Shown here: piece after piece, positions 60,519 through 64,000 of the stretch
How positions within the stretch are numbered: position 1 is the first letter of the stretch
Layout of the letters: each line of letters begins with the position of its first letter
Assembly: GCA_963730725.1 (NCBI GenBank)
Contig: CAVSSZ010000013.1
Span: 6,224 to 70,223, forward strand
DNA: 64,000 bases
DNA from: an uncultured Solirubrobacteraceae bacterium
Lineage (GTDB): Bacteria; Actinomycetota; Thermoleophilia; Solirubrobacterales; Solirubrobacteraceae
Direction: 5' to 3'
Translations under genes and position numbers: made by a program
The notes under the pieces: model-generated
What the model saw: only the letters and a program-made list of their open reading frames with translations
Told to the model about the DNA's origin: nothing
Databases searched by the model: none

Positions 60519-62927
60519 TCACTTGACGTTCAGCGTCAAACCCGCCGAGCTGCCTCGGTACACCGAATCGCCGTGATAGGTCGCGGTGACCGTGTAGCTG
60601 GCCTCGGTGCTCGTGCTCAGCGAGGTCGTGCAGCGGTTGCGCACCCCCGCGGCCGCCGGCAGCATGCACGAGGCAGGCTGCGGGGTCTCCGCCGGCGAGA
60701 CCGAGAAGCTCACGCTGCCCGAGGGCTTGGCGGTGCCCGCCGCCGACCCGGCGCGCTGGACGAGCGCCGTGCAGCTCAGGCTGATCGACCTGCCCATCGC
60801 CACATGGTGATTCTGGGCGGCGGTCGGGTGTTGACAGCTCAGCCCGGTGCGCGACTTCGCGCTGCCGCCGACCGCCCACCCGAACGACGTCGTCCCGGTG
60901 GCATGATCAGCGTCGGTCGCGATCACCTGAACCACGGTGTCGACGGCCGTCGACGTCGTCCCCGAGATCACGCCGGTCCCCGGATCGATCGAGAGGCCCG
61001 GGGGCAGACCGGTCGCGCTGTAGGTGAGTCGTGCCGCGGTCGCGTCGGTGGCCTGGATCGGCAGCGATACGGAGGCGCCAAGTGAATCGGTCTGATCGCC
61101 CGGGTTGGTGACCGCGACCGCTGACCCGCGCGCCGCGCACAGGTCCTGCGCCAGCACGCCGCCGTTCGGGCTGCCCAGCCCGGTGGCCATGTCGTATCCG
61201 GGGCCGGTCGGGAACAGCCCGCCCTGCCCACCGCTGAGATCATTCGTGCCGGTGGTGACGTCGTTGAACGCGTTCGCGTCGTCGCCGGCCGCGACCTGGT
61301 AGAGCAGCGGGTTGGGGAATCCGACCGTCGTACCGTCGCAGGCAGTCGAGCCGTTGACCAGGGCGGTGTATGCGGCCCAGGTCGGAGCCGCGGCGCTCGT
61401 GCCCCAGAACCCGTACCAGTTGCCGGCGTAGTAGATCGCGTACGGGCTCAGGTCGGATGCATCGGCGGACACGTCCGGAACCTCGCGGCAGTCGCCGGTG
61501 ATGGCAGCGCACGGGGCGCCGGAGGAGTTCGCGTTGGTCACGTTCAGCCGGGCCGGGGCGTCGCTCTGGTAGGCCGGCATCCGCCAGACCTTGGAGATCC
61601 CGCCGCCACCGGCGCCACCGGCGGGGTCGTTGTAGGTCGTCTCGACCGGCCGCGGGCCGGGGGAGGTGATCGTCGTTCCCCCGACGCTGGTGACGAACGG
61701 CTGGGAGCCGGGGTCCTGGACATTGAGCGACCCATCGGTGCCGCTCTGCAGGCAGGCCTCCGAACCGGCATCACCCTGGGCCACGTACACCGACTCGCCC
61801 TGCGTCGCCGCCTCCTGGAACAGCGTGTTCTCGGCCTGGCGCAGCGGGGAGGAGACGGCGCCGTCGTTGCAGTTGTCATACCAGGAGGTCGAGATGACAC
61901 TCGCCCGGTCCTGGCTGATGATCGTGTTGTACTGGTCGAACCAGTTCTCGGATTGGTAGACGAGGATCGTCGCCTGCGGCGCGAGCCCGAGCACGTCCTC
62001 GATATCGAGCGTCGCCTCTCCCTTGCCCGACCCGGTGCCCGCTCCGCCGTCGACGGGGATGTAGCTGATCCCCGCCGTCGACAGGCCGTAACATGCCGCA
62101 TAGCCTGAGATGTCCGCCGGATCGTCGGGTTCGAACTCGGCGAGCGCGATCGTCTGCCCGGCGCCCTCATCGCCGGCGCCGTACAGCGACGAGAGCCCGT
62201 AGCTGGAGGCGAGCTGATCGGCGGTCAACGCACCGGAGCTCGATGCCGACGAGCACGGCTGCGGGCCGCCGGTGACGACCCGCGGCCGGGCGTGCGGCGC
62301 ACGGGAGGCGCGGGACCGATGCAGAGCGTCGCTCTGAACCTGCTGGAGCGAGTCGAGCCCGACCACGTCCTGGACGAGCGGGGCCACGGCGGAAGGCAGG
62401 GCCGGAGCGACCGTGTTCGTGTAGGCGACGCGGCCGTCGGCGAGGCGCACCCGGTCGAAGGAGACCGAGAGCGCCTGCGAGAACTGGCCGGCGCTGCCGG
62501 CAACCGTGATCCCCAACCCGTTGGCCGAGGCCGCGAACGGCGTGAGTCCGCCGGAGCTGAGCGCGGAGCGGACCGAGGCGATCTGCGCGTCGGTCGGCGC
62601 GTAGCGGCTGCGGAAGTCCGCGACCGAGAGATACCGGTGGTAGTCACTCGAGCCCGGGGTCGACACCGCCCTCGCGTACTGCTGCAGCGCGGCCGGGTCG
62701 CGCGGCTGGAGCGCGAGCGTCACCTCGAGCTGCGTGCCGTCCGGCAGCGCGCCGAGCGTGCGGCCGCCTACCGGCACGCGCGGCGACGCCCCGATCCGGA
62801 TCCCGCTGCCCACCGCGTGGGCGTGCGGCACGCCCGCGCCGAGGGCGCTCGCCGCCGTCACGCCCAGCATCGCCGACGCGCCCATCCAGGCGGCCAGCGC
62901 CCAACGACTCACCCGCGCTCGACCCAT
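60519..62927 (-). CDS. Secreted S53 (sedolisin/kumamolisin) protease with Ig-like domains
   Basis: Pro-kumamolisin domain, EATLD, AQGDAG, VPDVSA, GTSAAAP, GYDMATGLGSP, then GLPPGLSIDPGTGVISG and ATYHGDS. Confidence 0.93.
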   Translation of the reverse strand: MGRARVSRWALAAWMGASAMLGVTAASALGAGVPHAHAVGSGIRIGASPRVPVGGRTLGALPDGTQLEVTLALQPRDPAALQQYARAVSTPGSSDYHRYLSVADFRSRYAPTDAQIASVRSALSSGGLTPFAASANGLGITVAGSAGQFSQALSVSFDRVRLADGRVAYTNTVAPALPSAVAPLVQDVVGLDSLQQVQSDALHRSRASRAPHARPRVVTGGPQPCSSASSSGALTADQLASSYGLSSLYGAGDEGAGQTIALAEFEPDDPADISGYAACYGLSTAGISYIPVDGGAGTGSGKGEATLDIEDVLGLAPQATILVYQSENWFDQYNTIISQDRASVISTSWYDNCNDGAVSSPLRQAENTLFQEAATQGESVYVAQGDAGSEACLQSGTDGSLNVQDPGSQPFVTSVGGTTITSPGPRPVETTYNDPAGGAGGGGISKVWRMPAYQSDAPARLNVTNANSSGAPCAAITGDCREVPDVSADASDLSPYAIYYAGNWYGFWGTSAAAPTWAAYTALVNGSTACDGTTVGFPNPLLYQVAAGDDANAFNDVTTGTNDLSGGQGGLFPTGPGYDMATGLGSPNGGVLAQDLCAARGSAVAVTNPGDQTDSLGASVSLPIQATDATAARLTYSATGLPPGLSIDPGTGVISGTTSTAVDTVVQVIATDADHATGTTSFGWAVGGSAKSRTGLSCQHPTAAQNHHVAMGRSISLSCTALVQRAGSAAGTAKPSGSVSFSVSPAETPQPASCMLPAAAGVRNRCTTSLSTSTEASYTVTATYHGDSVYRGSSAGLTLNVK

Positions 62928-63050
62928 CAGCCGTCCCCCGGTTCTCCGCGTTCTCAGGTCCGTGGCCGCGATCCGTTCACGGCGGCGCGAACATGGCACA
63001 TGGCCGCTGGCCGGACAATCCGTAGCCGGTACGGAGAGCGGGGCCCGGAT

Positions 63051-63926
63051 TCAGCCGCGGTGGACGAGCTCGACGACCGCCCGGGTGAGCTCGCTGTCCG
63101 AAGCAGCGAACTCGAGCACCGCGTCGAAGTGATCCTCGCCGCCGAGCTCCAGAGGCCGGGCGTCGATGCCGTGGGCCCCGCAATATGCGACGTACGCGCG
63201 GGATTGGCGCCTGAATTCGGCGGTCTCGCCACCGCCCCAGGCGACGATCCGGGGCGGGCCGGTGGCGCCCGCCGGGGGCTCGGCGAGCAGCGGGCTCTGG
63301 GTCTCGATCGTGCGCCGGCTGAGCTGGAGCGCGGGCGCGAGATAGGAGTACGCGAGTGGACGCATGTCGTAGACCCCGCTCAGCGGAACCCCGCCCTTGA
63401 CGAGGTCGGCGGGCAGGCCGTACTCGCCCGCCCAGTCGGTCGCGAGCACCATCGCCGTCTGCTGGCCGCCGGCGGAGTGGCCGGTGACGTGAATGCGGTC
63501 CGGATCCCCGCCCCAGCCGGAGGCGTTGGCGTGGACCCAGGCGATCGCCGCGCGGCTCTGACGGGTGATCTCGTCGACCGCGACGGACGGCGCGAGCGCA
63601 TAGTTGGTGACGACGACGTCGACCCCGTGGGCGAGCGGCCCGGCGGCAACCAGCGACCAGTCTTCCGCGGTCCCCGAGCGCCAGTAGCCGCCGTGGATGA
63701 AGACGAGCACCGGCCGCGGTGCGGGAGCCTGCGCGCAGAAGACGTCGAGGCGCTCAGCGCGGGTCGGCCCGAAGCGGACGCCGAGCCGACCCGCGGGGTG
63801 GGTGCGACGCAGCTGCGCCGAGCGCTCGGCGATCTGCGCCTCGACCGCGGCGAAGTCCGGGCGCAGGGCGCCGACGTTGTATTCCGCGTCGATCTCGGCC
63901 TGGGTGGCGAACCCGCGGTAGAGCAC
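63051..63926 (-). CDS. Alpha/beta hydrolase, arylformamidase (kynurenine formamidase)-like
   Basis: FIHGGYW, GHSAGG, SGVYD, ETAEFRRQS, EDHF. Confidence 0.88.
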   Translation of the reverse strand: MLYRGFATQAEIDAEYNVGALRPDFAAVEAQIAERSAQLRRTHPAGRLGVRFGPTRAERLDVFCAQAPAPRPVLVFIHGGYWRSGTAEDWSLVAAGPLAHGVDVVVTNYALAPSVAVDEITRQSRAAIAWVHANASGWGGDPDRIHVTGHSAGGQQTAMVLATDWAGEYGLPADLVKGGVPLSGVYDMRPLAYSYLAPALQLSRRTIETQSPLLAEPPAGATGPPRIVAWGGGETAEFRRQSRAYVAYCGAHGIDARPLELGGEDHFDAVLEFAASDSELTRAVVELVHRG

Positions 63927-63928
63927 GC

Positions 63929-64000
63929 TCAGTCGGCGGGCGGCGGCGCGATCTCGTCCAGGCGCGCCACGATCTCGTGCGCGTGGCGGACGAATGGGGC
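63929..64000 (-). CDS. C-terminus of upstream gene, plausibly adenylosuccinate lyase (PurB)
   Basis: Only APFVRHAHEIVARLDEIAPPPAD* is visible; resembles the PurB terminal helix and fits the pur context. Confidence 0.45.
   Translation of the reverse strand, partial: APFVRHAHEIVARLDEIAPPPAD

Overview
High-GC actinobacterial chromosome segment; gene content and style suggest Thermoleophilia/Solirubrobacterales (inference). It has three zones. (1) About 1-21.4 kb is a decaying accessory region downstream of a tRNA-Lys(UUU). It holds a secreted GH27 alpha-galactosidase, an IS21-family element that splits a small ParB/Srx-like gene (5-bp GGTAC duplication), a TetR-controlled glycoside hydrolase/aldo-keto reductase/methyltransferase unit, several gene remnants and msrA. 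(2) About 21.5-43.5 kb has a candidate leader-peptide attenuator ahead of an orphan IlvM-like ACT gene plus amidase. It also has a 10-gene GntR-led catabolic operon (hydantoinase/oxoprolinase A and B with a fused Zn-finger tail, sugar-type ABC importer, SDR, ALDH, beta-hydroxyacid decarboxylating dehydrogenase) and a USP/two-RR/one-HK cluster ending in a DedA-HtpX fusion. (3) About 43.5-64 kb is the de novo purine cluster (purB?-purC-S-Q-L-F-N-H, no purM seen), interleaved with recQ and four large secreted proteins. All calls are from motif recognition by eye; no database searches were run.
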